From the NCBI GenBank assembly GCA_020054475.1, contig JAHWGJ010000006.1, positions 368 to 64,367 on the forward strand: a stretch of DNA of 64,000 nucleotides, in the 5' to 3' direction. The stretch comes from Thermoplasmata archaeon. GTDB taxonomy: Archaea > Thermoplasmatota > E2 > DHVEG-1. Positions 28,406 through 38,555 of the stretch are shown here, in pieces. The notes under the pieces are model-generated. The model did not search any database. It saw only the letters and a list, made by a program, of their open reading frames with translations, and was not told the origin of the DNA. A program made the translations under genes and the position numbers. The stretch's first letter is position 1. Each line of letters begins with the position of its first letter.

Positions 28406-29308
28406 GTGGAATACAAATTATTAATAATAAGATATGGTGAAATAGCACTAAAAGCTAAGTACACTAGAAAATATTTTGAAAATATATTAATAAAAAATAT
28501 TAGAAAAAATTTAAATGAATCAAAAATAAAAAATAATTTAACGAGAGAATGGGGGAGAATTTATCTAAATACTGATAATATTATTGATAGTATTAAAATA
28601 TTGCAGAAAATTTTTGGAATAGTATCAATGAGTCCCTCAATACGAATCAAAACTGATGTTAGAATAATTTCAGACAAAGTTATAACGTTAACAAAAAATA
28701 AATTATCAAAAAATAATAGTTTTGCCTTGAGAGTAAAAAGGGTTGGTAAACATAATTTTACAAGTCAAGATATCGCAAGAAAAATTGGAAGCGAAATTGT
28801 ATCAAAAACAAGATCTAATGTAAATTTGACTTCCCCAGATTATGAGATATTTATTGATATTAGAAATGAATATACTTATATTTTTTTGGAAAAAATCTTT
28901 GGAAGTGGTGGGATGCCTGTAGGCACGCAGGGAAATATTCTGGCAATTATTGATAAAAAAATATCAATATTAGCAGCATGGTTTTTGATAAGAAGAGGAT
29001 GTAAACCAATTTTTTATCTAAAAAACACACTACAACATAATAATTTAAGAACATTCATGAAAAAATGGTTTATTGATGATAAAATATATATAAAAAATAA
29101 AGAAAAGGACGAAAATTTTGAAATATTAGAAATAATAAAAAAGGAAAAATGTCAAGCAATAATTACAGGTCATACAATAGGCAATGATTACAAAAATTTT
29201 AACGATCTAAGGGAAATAAAAAATAAGTATAATTTGCCAGTTTTATGTCCTCTTATAATAATGGATGATGATATTATTGATGAAAAATTGATAGAAATTG
29301 GATTATGA
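28406..29308 (+). CDS. ThiI N-terminal NFLD-THUMP protein with degenerate adenylation domain
   Basis: IIRYGEIALK, FALRVKRVGKHNFTS, VNLTSPD, GGMPVGTQG; the PP-loop SGGIDS is replaced by IDKKIS. Confidence 0.85.
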   Translation: MEYKLLIIRYGEIALKAKYTRKYFENILIKNIRKNLNESKIKNNLTREWGRIYLNTDNIIDSIKILQKIFGIVSMSPSIRIKTDVRIISDKVITLTKNKLSKNNSFALRVKRVGKHNFTSQDIARKIGSEIVSKTRSNVNLTSPDYEIFIDIRNEYTYIFLEKIFGSGGMPVGTQGNILAIIDKKISILAAWFLIRRGCKPIFYLKNTLQHNNLRTFMKKWFIDDKIYIKNKEKDENFEILEIIKKEKCQAIITGHTIGNDYKNFNDLREIKNKYNLPVLCPLIIMDDDIIDEKLIEIGL

Positions 29309-30198
29309 ATATTGTTATATTTGGTTCAGGAGCAATAGGCTCATTATTCGGAGCTTTACTTTCAAATAATAATAATGTAGTACTATATGGTAGAAAATCT
29401 CATATTGATATTATAAACAAAGAAGGATTAGAAATAAATGGGAAAACATTTTTTCATAAAAAAATACCTGCCTTTTGTAATATCAAAGAAATAAAAATGG
29501 ATATAGATCTATTAATTTTATCTGTAAAATCATATGATACAGATATATCTTTAAACTTAATTAAAAATATCATTGATAGTGAAACTACTTTATTAACTAT
29601 ACAAAATGGTTTAGATAATATTGATAAAATAAGGAAAATATTTAATCATAAACAAATTTTGGGGGGAGTTACAACTCAAGGATCGATATTTGTTAAACCT
29701 GGTTTAATAAGTCATACGGGATTTGGTGAAACAATTTTAGGTGAATTAGATGGCACAATTAGCGATAGGTTAAAAAAAATTGTTAAGATATTTAATAATT
29801 CGGGGATTATTACAAAATATTCAAATGATATTAATAAAGAGATATGGATCAAAACCATTATTAATTCTAGTATAAATCCATTAACAACAATTTTTAAGTG
29901 TAAAAATGAATATCTATTAAAAAATCCAATTTTATCAAATATTGTTAAATTAGTCTGTAATGAATCAGTAAGAATTGCAAATGCTGAAGGATTTGATTTT
30001 AATTATGATGATATTTTAAATAAAACAAAGAAAGTTATTAACTATACTTGTGATAATTATTCTTCAATGTTACAAAGCTATGAAAAATATAAAAAAACTG
30101 AAATAAAGTCTATTAATGGAAAATTAATTGAGATTGGGAAAAAGCAAAATACTGATACAATTCTAAATGAATTATTAGTTTTATTAATCGAATCTTAA
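29305..30198 (+). CDS. panE: 2-dehydropantoate 2-reductase
   Basis: GSGAIG, VKSYD, IQNGL, WIK..IN..INP, SSMLQ, TEI..ING. Confidence 0.93.
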   Translation: MNIVIFGSGAIGSLFGALLSNNNNVVLYGRKSHIDIINKEGLEINGKTFFHKKIPAFCNIKEIKMDIDLLILSVKSYDTDISLNLIKNIIDSETTLLTIQNGLDNIDKIRKIFNHKQILGGVTTQGSIFVKPGLISHTGFGETILGELDGTISDRLKKIVKIFNNSGIITKYSNDINKEIWIKTIINSSINPLTTIFKCKNEYLLKNPILSNIVKLVCNESVRIANAEGFDFNYDDILNKTKKVINYTCDNYSSMLQSYEKYKKTEIKSINGKLIEIGKKQNTDTILNELLVLLIES

Positions 30199-30318
30199 AT
30201 CAACAATTTTGGGATTGGAAATTATAATAACAATACTATATATAATAAATAATAAATTGACCGACATTTTTATATAAATAGTAAACTATATTAATTTATA
30301 AATTAAGGGAAATTTATT

Positions 30319-31953
30319 ATGAGACAATTAAATAAAAATAATAAATTAATTGTTGGTTTGGCAGCAATTATCTTTTCAATAATTATTTTATTAGCTATTT
30401 ATTATATATTTTTTAGCGAAACAGAAGAAGTTTTAGATGAACCTGAAATAATTGTTCAAACAGATGATAGAATTAGTCCAAATGAAAATCAGGCGTTAAT
30501 CTTGGAAATATTACGTATTCGTAATAGAGATCTAATTGATATAATTATGAATTCTGGTAAAGGTTGGGAAAACAAACCGAATATGTATTTTATAACTGAA
30601 ATGGATGAATTAGAATATATTAGTAAGAACGTCGGATCTGCTAGTAGGGGAATTACTGAAACTTTTATAAAAGAATGGGATTCAATTTTTAAAGAAAATA
30701 AAATTGTTAGAGATGCAGAAGAAGAACAAGAAATTTCATATGTTACACTAAAAATTATGCAGAGAAAAAATTCAGGTTTATTTGGAAGACAAACTAATGA
30801 TATTGAATTGGCTAATATTTATTTAATTTATGATTATAAAACGGGAAGATGGAGTGGAGATGATTATTTCAATGATACAGATGGTTATGGTCATTATATT
30901 AACAATAAGGTTGAGGTGTGGTTCAATTTATATCAAACAGATTTTGATCATGATGGCATCCCATATTGGACAGAAGTAAATATCTTGCACACTAACCCAG
31001 AAGTTGATGATACTCAAAATGATCCTGATGGAGATGGTATACCTACAGATTGGGAATGGAAATGGGGATATGATCCTTTTGTTTATGATAATCATACTAC
31101 TCTTGATCCAGATCAAGATGGCATAGAAAACATTGAAGAATATTTTATGCAAAAATGGTTTTCAAATCCTTATTGTCAAGATATATATTTAGAAGTTGAT
31201 GGTATGGACTCAGGGGGATTTTTAGATCCACCTCATATTCTTTATAAGGAATCTCAGCAAATAATCATCGAACGTTTTGCTGAACATGGTATTAATGTAT
31301 ATATTGATGATGGATGGCCAGAAGGTCCAGTAAACAAAGGAGGGGAATTATTAACCCATTATGAAAGAATGTCCCAAGATTCTGGAATGATGTTACAATA
31401 CTATAGAAATCATTTTGCTGATGAGAGAAAAGGAATTTTTAGATATGTAGTAATGTGTCATAGAGGAGGTTTTTGCCATCCTGCCACTTTTAATAACTAT
31501 GATCAAATGGCAGTAGGAATAAGCAATCAACAAATGATAACAGCCAAAGGAGCTTTTACACCTAGAACATATAGATTAATGGCTGCGGTATCAGTTATGC
31601 ATGAGCTAGGACATTCACTAGGAATAGGGCCATGGAATGTAGGTGGAAATGATAATTTTACTTTTGCTGAGGGAAGAGCAGCAAAACAAGAATTTCTTGA
31701 TGAGTGGGGTAATTACAAAAGCGTAATGAACTACTATTATATCTATGATAAGACCATTGTAGATTATTCAGATGGATCACATGGAACTGGTGATTTTAAT
31801 GATTGGGAGTTTTTTGATTTAACTAATTTCCAATATGAATCGAAAGTAGTTGAAGATCCTGGATTTGAATTACCAGGCGTTGAAGAGATTAGTTTTATGG
31901 AAACAGTTTACGAACATCTTCCATTATATACAGGTTTTAGACTAGGTTTATAA
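30319..31953 (+). CDS. membrane-anchored zinc metallopeptidase-like protein with Ca-binding DxDxDG repeats
   Basis: N-terminal TM; DFDHDGIP, DPDGDGIP, DPDQDGIE repeats; VMHELGHSLG; SVMNY Met-turn-like. Confidence 0.75.
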   Translation: MRQLNKNNKLIVGLAAIIFSIIILLAIYYIFFSETEEVLDEPEIIVQTDDRISPNENQALILEILRIRNRDLIDIIMNSGKGWENKPNMYFITEMDELEYISKNVGSASRGITETFIKEWDSIFKENKIVRDAEEEQEISYVTLKIMQRKNSGLFGRQTNDIELANIYLIYDYKTGRWSGDDYFNDTDGYGHYINNKVEVWFNLYQTDFDHDGIPYWTEVNILHTNPEVDDTQNDPDGDGIPTDWEWKWGYDPFVYDNHTTLDPDQDGIENIEEYFMQKWFSNPYCQDIYLEVDGMDSGGFLDPPHILYKESQQIIIERFAEHGINVYIDDGWPEGPVNKGGELLTHYERMSQDSGMMLQYYRNHFADERKGIFRYVVMCHRGGFCHPATFNNYDQMAVGISNQQMITAKGAFTPRTYRLMAAVSVMHELGHSLGIGPWNVGGNDNFTFAEGRAAKQEFLDEWGNYKSVMNYYYIYDKTIVDYSDGSHGTGDFNDWEFFDLTNFQYESKVVEDPGFELPGVEEISFMETVYEHLPLYTGFRLGL

Positions 31954-32025
31954 TGATTTATCAAAAAATCTCATAAAAAAATACTTTAAACTTTTTCTAT
32001 TAATAATGTATATCTTATAATTAAT

Positions 32026-32994
32026 ATGAAAATATTAATTACGAGAAAAATCCCTAAATCTGGAATAGAATTATTGCTAAAAAAAGGATATGAACTAGAA
32101 ATAAACCAACAAGATCGGATTTTATCAAAGAATGAAATAATAGATGGACTAAAGGAAAAGGATGGATTAATTTCACTATTAACAGACAACATAAATAAAG
32201 AAGTAATTAACTCAGAACCAAAGCTGAAGATGATAGCTAATTATGCTGTAGGATATAATAATATTGATATTAATGCAGCTACCCAAAAAAAAATACCAGT
32301 TAGTAACACTCCAGATGTTTTAACAGATACTACTGCAGAAATGGCATGGGCTTTACTATTCTCAGTTTCTCGCAGAATAGTAGAGGGAGATAATTTTACA
32401 CGAAAAGGTAAATATAAAGGATGGGGCCCAATGTTAATGCTTGGACAAGATATCTCAAATAAAACCTTAGGAATCGTTGGTACGGGTAGAATCGGATCTG
32501 CTTTTGGATTAAAAAGCAAAGGATTCAAAATGAATGTTTTATATTTTGATGAAAAAATAAATGAAACACTTGAAAAAGAATTAAATGCAAAAAAGGTAGA
32601 AAAATCTGAATTAATAAAACAATCAGATTTTATTTCAATACATTTACCTTTAAATAAATCCACGTTTCATTTTATTGGAACTAATGAACTGAAAAATATG
32701 AAAAATAATGCAATATTAATAAATACATCAAGAGGGCCAATCATTGACGAAATTGCACTTACAAAAGCGTTAAAAGATAAATGGATTTTTGGAGCAGGAT
32801 TGGATGTATATGAAAATGAACCTAATATCAATCCAAAATTATTAAATTTAAATAATGTAGTAATTCAACCGCATTCAGCATCTGCAACATTTCAAACACG
32901 ATCAAATATGGCAATTATTGCTGCTAAAAACATGATTGAGGGATTAACTGGTAAAATTCCAACTAATTGCGTTAATAAAAACATTTATAAATAA
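32026..32994 (+). CDS. gyaR: glyoxylate reductase / D-glycerate dehydrogenase
   Basis: YAVGYNNID, NTPDVLT, GTGRIG, NTSRG, LDVYENEP, QPHSAS. Confidence 0.85.
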   Translation: MKILITRKIPKSGIELLLKKGYELEINQQDRILSKNEIIDGLKEKDGLISLLTDNINKEVINSEPKLKMIANYAVGYNNIDINAATQKKIPVSNTPDVLTDTTAEMAWALLFSVSRRIVEGDNFTRKGKYKGWGPMLMLGQDISNKTLGIVGTGRIGSAFGLKSKGFKMNVLYFDEKINETLEKELNAKKVEKSELIKQSDFISIHLPLNKSTFHFIGTNELKNMKNNAILINTSRGPIIDEIALTKALKDKWIFGAGLDVYENEPNINPKLLNLNNVVIQPHSASATFQTRSNMAIIAAKNMIEGLTGKIPTNCVNKNIYK

Positions 32995-33009
32995 ATAAAT
33001 TTAAAAAAA

Positions 33010-33648
33010 TTATAGAGTGAAAGTCCATATTTCTGTTTCTTTAGGGATATCCGTTTTATCAAAATCGATTTCATTTCCAACTTTTAATATTTTATAAACT
33101 GATTTTTCTAGAAATGTATCTAGATTGTCAATTGGTAAAGATAAACCACCGATTTTATAATGCATAGGAATAATAATTGAAGGTTTAATTGATTTAATAA
33201 TTTCCCATGCAATATCTGCATCAATAGTAAAATTTCCACCAACAGGAACAAATAAAATATCAACACTACCAATTTTCTCAACAATACTTTCTTCTACCAT
33301 ATGTCCTAGATCGCCTAAATGGCAGAAAATAATATCATCAATTAAAAATTTGAAAATAATATTTTCGCCTCTAATATCCCCAGATTTTTCATCATGATAT
33401 GTTTTTATACCTTTTATATCAACATTAAAAATTTTTCTCTTTCTTTCATCTTTTACTACTTTAGATCCAATTTTTTCAACAGATTTTACACTATTATGAT
33501 CATAATGGTCATGAGATACTAAAATAATATCTCCCTCCACTGTAGGTGCAGGGATTCCTATCGATTTTCCATCATGAGGATCTGTAACTAAGGTTATATC
33601 ATCTTTAATTTCAAAGCATGAATGACCATGCCATCTTATTTGAAGCAA
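33010..33648 (-). CDS. metallo-beta-lactamase fold hydrolase
   Basis: WHGHSCF, SHDHYDH, HLGD, IPMHY. Confidence 0.9.
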   Translation of the reverse strand: MLQIRWHGHSCFEIKDDITLVTDPHDGKSIGIPAPTVEGDIILVSHDHYDHNSVKSVEKIGSKVVKDERKRKIFNVDIKGIKTYHDEKSGDIRGENIIFKFLIDDIIFCHLGDLGHMVEESIVEKIGSVDILFVPVGGNFTIDADIAWEIIKSIKPSIIIPMHYKIGGLSLPIDNLDTFLEKSVYKILKVGNEIDFDKTDIPKETEIWTFTL

Positions 33649-33699
33649 TTTAACAATCTCCTGAAATCAAAAGAATATTAAACAATAATTATAAATAAA

Positions 33700-34770
33700 T
33701 TATGGGCGTAATCTACCAAGTTTAATATATACAATTTTTTTATTGCTATAATGAACAGCAAAAATAATTTCTTTATTAACTGAGTGAGCTAAACGAATAG
33801 CCCTACTAAAATTTGACCATATACTTGTATAATTTTTTGTTATTACATGAACAAGATATTCAGCATGAGTTAAATCGGGTTTTTTTGAATAAGCACGAAA
33901 ATGAGTACCAAATTTAAATCCAGTTTTTACAATTAGTCCACGGATTTTCAAATCGTTATATACATCAAATCTTAAATCTATATCTGGTTGCTTAAGTTTA
34001 ACATATTTTTTAAATGATTTAAAATCAGTATTCTTTTCATTATTAATTATCTGTATTTTTAAAAAATTCTTTTTTAATAAATATAATGCTTCAACCATAG
34101 AAATTTGTAAGCCTTTTCCAAAAGGTTTACCATAAAATTCTTCTTCAAATAATTTTTTACTTGTTTTTTCATCTAATATTAAAACTCGATTTTCCATTAA
34201 AATCGAATCAGTTTTGACATATTTTTTTTCAAAATTTTCACCTATTATATTATCAATAGATATTTCATAATATGTTATATCGCCTTCTTCATCTACTATT
34301 GAAATCCATAGAATTCCATTTTTTATTTTTGCTTGGTCAATAAATAATTTGATTTTATTAATATCAAGGGTGTCTTTTTCGGAAAATATTGATACAAAAT
34401 ATTTATTATTTTCTTCATTCAAATTGTTTTTATTTTTGTATATTATAAAATCAAAATTCTTATTATCATTATTAATCTGAATTGAATATCCCTTTTTCCT
34501 AAGATCTCTAAATACTATATATTTTATTTCAAAATTTGGAATTGTTAATATTGACCTTTTTAATAAATATCCAAAATCAATCTCTTTTTCTTTTTCAAAT
34601 ATTTTAATTTTTTCTTCTTCTAAAAGAAAAACCGCTTCTATTAAATTTAGTATTAAATTATTATTTTTAACAGTTTCTCCAAAACGACTTTTACTATATA
34701 ATCTCCCAACATCCTTTGGTTTATTTACAATTATCCTATTGTTAATTATTTCTCCAAATGCTTTTTGCAT
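33700..34770 (-). CDS. endA: tRNA-intron endonuclease (alpha2 type, two repeats)
   Basis: LIEAVFL/MVEALYL repeats, VKTGFKFGTHFRAY, HAEYL, RLAHSVNK, DEEGDITYY. Confidence 0.95.
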   Translation of the reverse strand: MQKAFGEIINNRIIVNKPKDVGRLYSKSRFGETVKNNNLILNLIEAVFLLEEEKIKIFEKEKEIDFGYLLKRSILTIPNFEIKYIVFRDLRKKGYSIQINNDNKNFDFIIYKNKNNLNEENNKYFVSIFSEKDTLDINKIKLFIDQAKIKNGILWISIVDEEGDITYYEISIDNIIGENFEKKYVKTDSILMENRVLILDEKTSKKLFEEEFYGKPFGKGLQISMVEALYLLKKNFLKIQIINNEKNTDFKSFKKYVKLKQPDIDLRFDVYNDLKIRGLIVKTGFKFGTHFRAYSKKPDLTHAEYLVHVITKNYTSIWSNFSRAIRLAHSVNKEIIFAVHYSNKKIVYIKLGRLRP

Positions 34771-34948
34771 AATATTGGTAATTAGATTTATTATTTGGTT
34801 TTTTGTATTAAGAGGAGTAATTAATATAGATGTCTATTAGACTTAATTCAAATTTTTTTTATTATTTATTAATTATTTAAAAATATTAATCCCGATATTC
34901 TTAAGTATAATAATTAGATACCATTCACCGCTTGAAAGCAATTTAACT

Positions 34949-36778
34949 TTGGAGGCTAAAAATTTGGTAAAATTACATGAAATGATATTAAGAGATGCTC
35001 ATCAATCAATGCTTGCAACCAGAATGAGAACAGAGGATATGCTACCCATTGCAGATAAATTAGATCAAGTAGGATTTTTTGCACTAGAGGTATGGGGTGG
35101 AGCAACATTTGATGTATCAATTAGATATTTAAATCAAGATCCATGGGAACGTATTAGATTATTAAAAAAAGCATTACCAAATACTCCAACACAAATGCTA
35201 GAAAGAGCAATGAATATCGTTGCTTATCGTAATTTTCCAGATGATGCTGTTAAGAAATTTATATTTCTTTCAAAAAAAAATGGTGTGGATAACTTTAGAA
35301 TTTTTGATGCGCTTAATGATCTTAGAAATATGGAAATACCTATGAAAGCTGTTAAAGAAAATGGAGGACATGTTCAAGCCTGCTTAAGTTATACAATATC
35401 ACCTGTTCATACTGTTGATTATTTTGTAAATAGGTTTATAAAACTATCAAAAATGGGAGCTGATTCTCTTTGTATAAAAGATATGGCCGGGATGATAACT
35501 CCTCAAAGAGCATATGATATCGTTAATGGATGTAAAAATGCTGGTATAAAACTTGAAATTGATTTGCATTCACATTGTACAAGTGGTATGACGGGCATGG
35601 CATATCAAAGAGCTGTTGAGGCGGGAATAGATATTTTAGATACGGCAATGTCTCCAATTTCTGGCGGGACAGCGGCTCCACCAACTGAGAGTATAGTAGC
35701 TGCATTAAAAAATACTGAATGGGATACCCATTATGATTTAGAACTTTTAATTGAAATTAGGAAATATTTCCTTAAAATTTGGGAAAAATATAGACATTTA
35801 CATAGATTTAATGCTTTAAAAGTAGATCCAAGCGTAACTTTACATCAAGTTCCAGGCGGAATGCTTTCAAATCTTATTTTTCAACTAGAAGAGCAGGGGG
35901 CTAATGATAAATATAGAGAAATCTTGGCTGAAACTGAAAGAGTAAGAGGGGAGCTAGGATATCCTCCATTAGTCACTCCAACAAGTCAAGTAGTTGGAGT
36001 TCAATCGGTAATGAATGTTTTGCATGGTAGATATAAAGTTATTACCAAAGAAACAAAAGAGTATTGTAGGGGTATGTATGGTAAATCACCTGCACCAATA
36101 AAACCAGAAATAATGAAAAAAGTTCTTGGACCTAAATGGAAAGAAGAGATTATTGATTGTAGACCGTCTGATTTATTAAAACCAATGTGGGATAAATGCA
36201 AATCTGAATTAAAAGAACAAGAAGATATTGAAATTACTGATGAAAATGTTATGACATATCTCTTATACCCTCAAGTTGGACTTAAATTCTTAAATAAGAA
36301 AGCGAAATCAGAGTTCAAATCTGATGAACTACCTCTTTCAATTAACCATCCATTAACTAGAGGAATGGTCAAACAATCTTTCCCTGAATATAAACAAATT
36401 TGGCTTGAAGATAAACCCCCTGAACAAAGATCGGGTCCAGCTGAAATACCTACTGAATTTGAGGTTGAAGTTGATGGAGAACCCTTTGAGGTAAAAGTAA
36501 AACCGACTGGCGGCTTTTTAGTAGCTGGAAAAAATGAAAATTCAAATGAAAAAACTAAGAATATTGAGGGTGGAATTAAATCTAATATGCAAGGTACAAT
36601 ATTAAAAATAAAAACCAAATTAGGAGAAAAGATTTCTCAAGGGGATGTTATTGCCACAATTGAAGCAATGAAAATGGAACAAGAGATAAAGGCAGATAAA
36701 GCAGGTACAATCAAAGAAATTTTTGTGAAAGAGGGAGATTCGGTTTCAACCGGAGATATTCTAATGCAAGTTTTATAA
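34949..36778 (+). CDS. pycB: pyruvate carboxylase subunit B (carboxyltransferase + biotin carrier)
   Basis: LRDAHQS, WGGATFD, IKDMAG, HSH, PPLVTPTSQ, EAMKME. Confidence 0.9.
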   Translation: MEAKNLVKLHEMILRDAHQSMLATRMRTEDMLPIADKLDQVGFFALEVWGGATFDVSIRYLNQDPWERIRLLKKALPNTPTQMLERAMNIVAYRNFPDDAVKKFIFLSKKNGVDNFRIFDALNDLRNMEIPMKAVKENGGHVQACLSYTISPVHTVDYFVNRFIKLSKMGADSLCIKDMAGMITPQRAYDIVNGCKNAGIKLEIDLHSHCTSGMTGMAYQRAVEAGIDILDTAMSPISGGTAAPPTESIVAALKNTEWDTHYDLELLIEIRKYFLKIWEKYRHLHRFNALKVDPSVTLHQVPGGMLSNLIFQLEEQGANDKYREILAETERVRGELGYPPLVTPTSQVVGVQSVMNVLHGRYKVITKETKEYCRGMYGKSPAPIKPEIMKKVLGPKWKEEIIDCRPSDLLKPMWDKCKSELKEQEDIEITDENVMTYLLYPQVGLKFLNKKAKSEFKSDELPLSINHPLTRGMVKQSFPEYKQIWLEDKPPEQRSGPAEIPTEFEVEVDGEPFEVKVKPTGGFLVAGKNENSNEKTKNIEGGIKSNMQGTILKIKTKLGEKISQGDVIATIEAMKMEQEIKADKAGTIKEIFVKEGDSVSTGDILMQVL

Positions 36779-36786
36779 TAATTTAA

Positions 36787-38244
36787 ATGGTGAAAAAAAT
36801 GCTTAACAAAGTTCTTATAGCCAATCGTGGAGAAATTGCAGTTAGAATTATGAGGGCATGCAAAGAATTAGGAATTTCTACAATTGCAGTTTTTTCTGAT
36901 GCAGATAAAAATGCTTTATTTGTTAAATACTCTGATGAAAAATATAATATTGGACCAGGACCCGCGAGTCAGAGTTATTTAAATAAGGATAAGATAATTG
37001 ATGTTGCATTAAAAACCAAAGCGGAAGGCATTCACCCTGGTTATGGTTTTATGGCAGAAAATTCGGAATTTGCAGAAATGTGTCATAAAAATGGAATTGA
37101 ATTTATTGGCCCACCTGTAAATTCAATGAAATTAATGGGCTCGAAAATCGATTCAAAAAAATCTATGATTAATGCGGGTATACATGTAGTACCTGGAATA
37201 ACAGAGTCAATTGCTGATCATGAAAAAGCAAAAGATATTGCAAACGAGATCGGTTATCCAATAATGTTAAAAGCCTCAGCAGGTGGGGGCGGCATTGGAA
37301 TTCAAATGGTTGAAAATGATAGTAAAATGGAAAAAACATTAGATTCTATCCGTCAATTAGCTAAAAATTCATTTGGAGATGATTCTGTTTTCATTGAGAA
37401 GTTTATAAAAGATCCTCGCCACATTGAATATCAAATAATAGGGGATAAAAAAAACCATATTATCCATTGTTATGAGAGAGAATGTAGCGTTCAAAGAAGG
37501 AATCAGAAATTAATTGAAGAAACACCATCATGTGCTTTATCTCAAGAACTTAGAGAAGAAATGGGTGGACAAGCAGTTAAAGTAGCTAAAACAGCTAAAT
37601 ATTATAATGCTGGAACCTGTGAATTTATGTTTAAAGATGGAAAATATTATTTTTTAGAAATGAACACTAGACTTCAAGTTGAACATCCAATTACAGAAGT
37701 TACTACAGGAATAGATCTCGCAAGGGAACAATTAAGAATCGCATCTGGACTTGATCTTGAATATGATCAGAAAGACATAATCCCTAGAGGACATGCAATT
37801 GAATGTCGGATAAACGCTGAAGATCCATTAAACAATTTTTCTCCATCGCCAAGTAAAATTATTAGATATGCTGAACCAAGTGGTCCAGGTGTTAGAGTAG
37901 ATTCAGGAGTATATCAAGGTTTTACAATTCCTCCATTTTATGATTCTATGTTGGCTAAGCTTATAATCCTAGCAGAAGATAGAAAAAGTTGTATTGCAAG
38001 AACAAAAAGAGCTTTATGGGAATTTCAAATCGGAGGAGTAAGGAATAATATACCTTTTCATGAGATAGTTATGAATAATGAAAAATGGATTAAGGGGGAA
38101 TATGATACAAGTTTTATATCAAGGTATAAAATACTTGATCAAGTAATAGATTATGTCAAAGAAAGAAAAACTCAATCATCAACAATAAAAACAGCAGCAG
38201 CAATGGCAGCAGTTCAAACAGTTATAGTAGCTTCAAAAAAATAA
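36787..38244 (+). CDS. pycA: pyruvate carboxylase subunit A (biotin carboxylase)
   Basis: ANRGEIA, HPGYGF, GGGGIG, RECSVQRR, EMNTRLQVEH, RINAED. Confidence 0.92.
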   Translation: MVKKMLNKVLIANRGEIAVRIMRACKELGISTIAVFSDADKNALFVKYSDEKYNIGPGPASQSYLNKDKIIDVALKTKAEGIHPGYGFMAENSEFAEMCHKNGIEFIGPPVNSMKLMGSKIDSKKSMINAGIHVVPGITESIADHEKAKDIANEIGYPIMLKASAGGGGIGIQMVENDSKMEKTLDSIRQLAKNSFGDDSVFIEKFIKDPRHIEYQIIGDKKNHIIHCYERECSVQRRNQKLIEETPSCALSQELREEMGGQAVKVAKTAKYYNAGTCEFMFKDGKYYFLEMNTRLQVEHPITEVTTGIDLAREQLRIASGLDLEYDQKDIIPRGHAIECRINAEDPLNNFSPSPSKIIRYAEPSGPGVRVDSGVYQGFTIPPFYDSMLAKLIILAEDRKSCIARTKRALWEFQIGGVRNNIPFHEIVMNNEKWIKGEYDTSFISRYKILDQVIDYVKERKTQSSTIKTAAAMAAVQTVIVASKK

Positions 38245-38270
38245 ATAAGATTATACTTTTAATTTATAAT

Positions 38271-38555
38271 TTAACTTCTAATTAAATCTAAGGAAGATAA
38301 TTCAATTGAAATTTTTTCAACATCAATAGATATATAATCAGTTTTTCTTGCACCAGTACATACAATTTTCCAAGAGCCAAATAACAACATAGATACTTTA
38401 AGTTCTTCAATGCGATATACAAAAACTGGAAATTACTCGGGTTAATATTCATATTTTCTAAACCAAGATCCATTGCAGCTTCATTTAAATATAGTTCAGT
38501 TTATAAATCAGAAATTGCCACAATATTTTGAAAAACTATTTTCCACTCTTCATTT
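38271..38555 (-). pseudogene. tbp: TBP pseudogene (single C-terminal repeat)
   Basis: Reads KIVFQNIVAISDL*TELYLNEAAMDLGLEN(fs)EY*PE*FPVFVYRIEELKVSMLLFGSWKIVCTGARK..; three stops and one frameshift. Confidence 0.85.

Noticed and set aside
38288-38473. 61-aa ORF as a novel small protein
   Set aside because: It is a frameshifted piece of the TBP pseudogene
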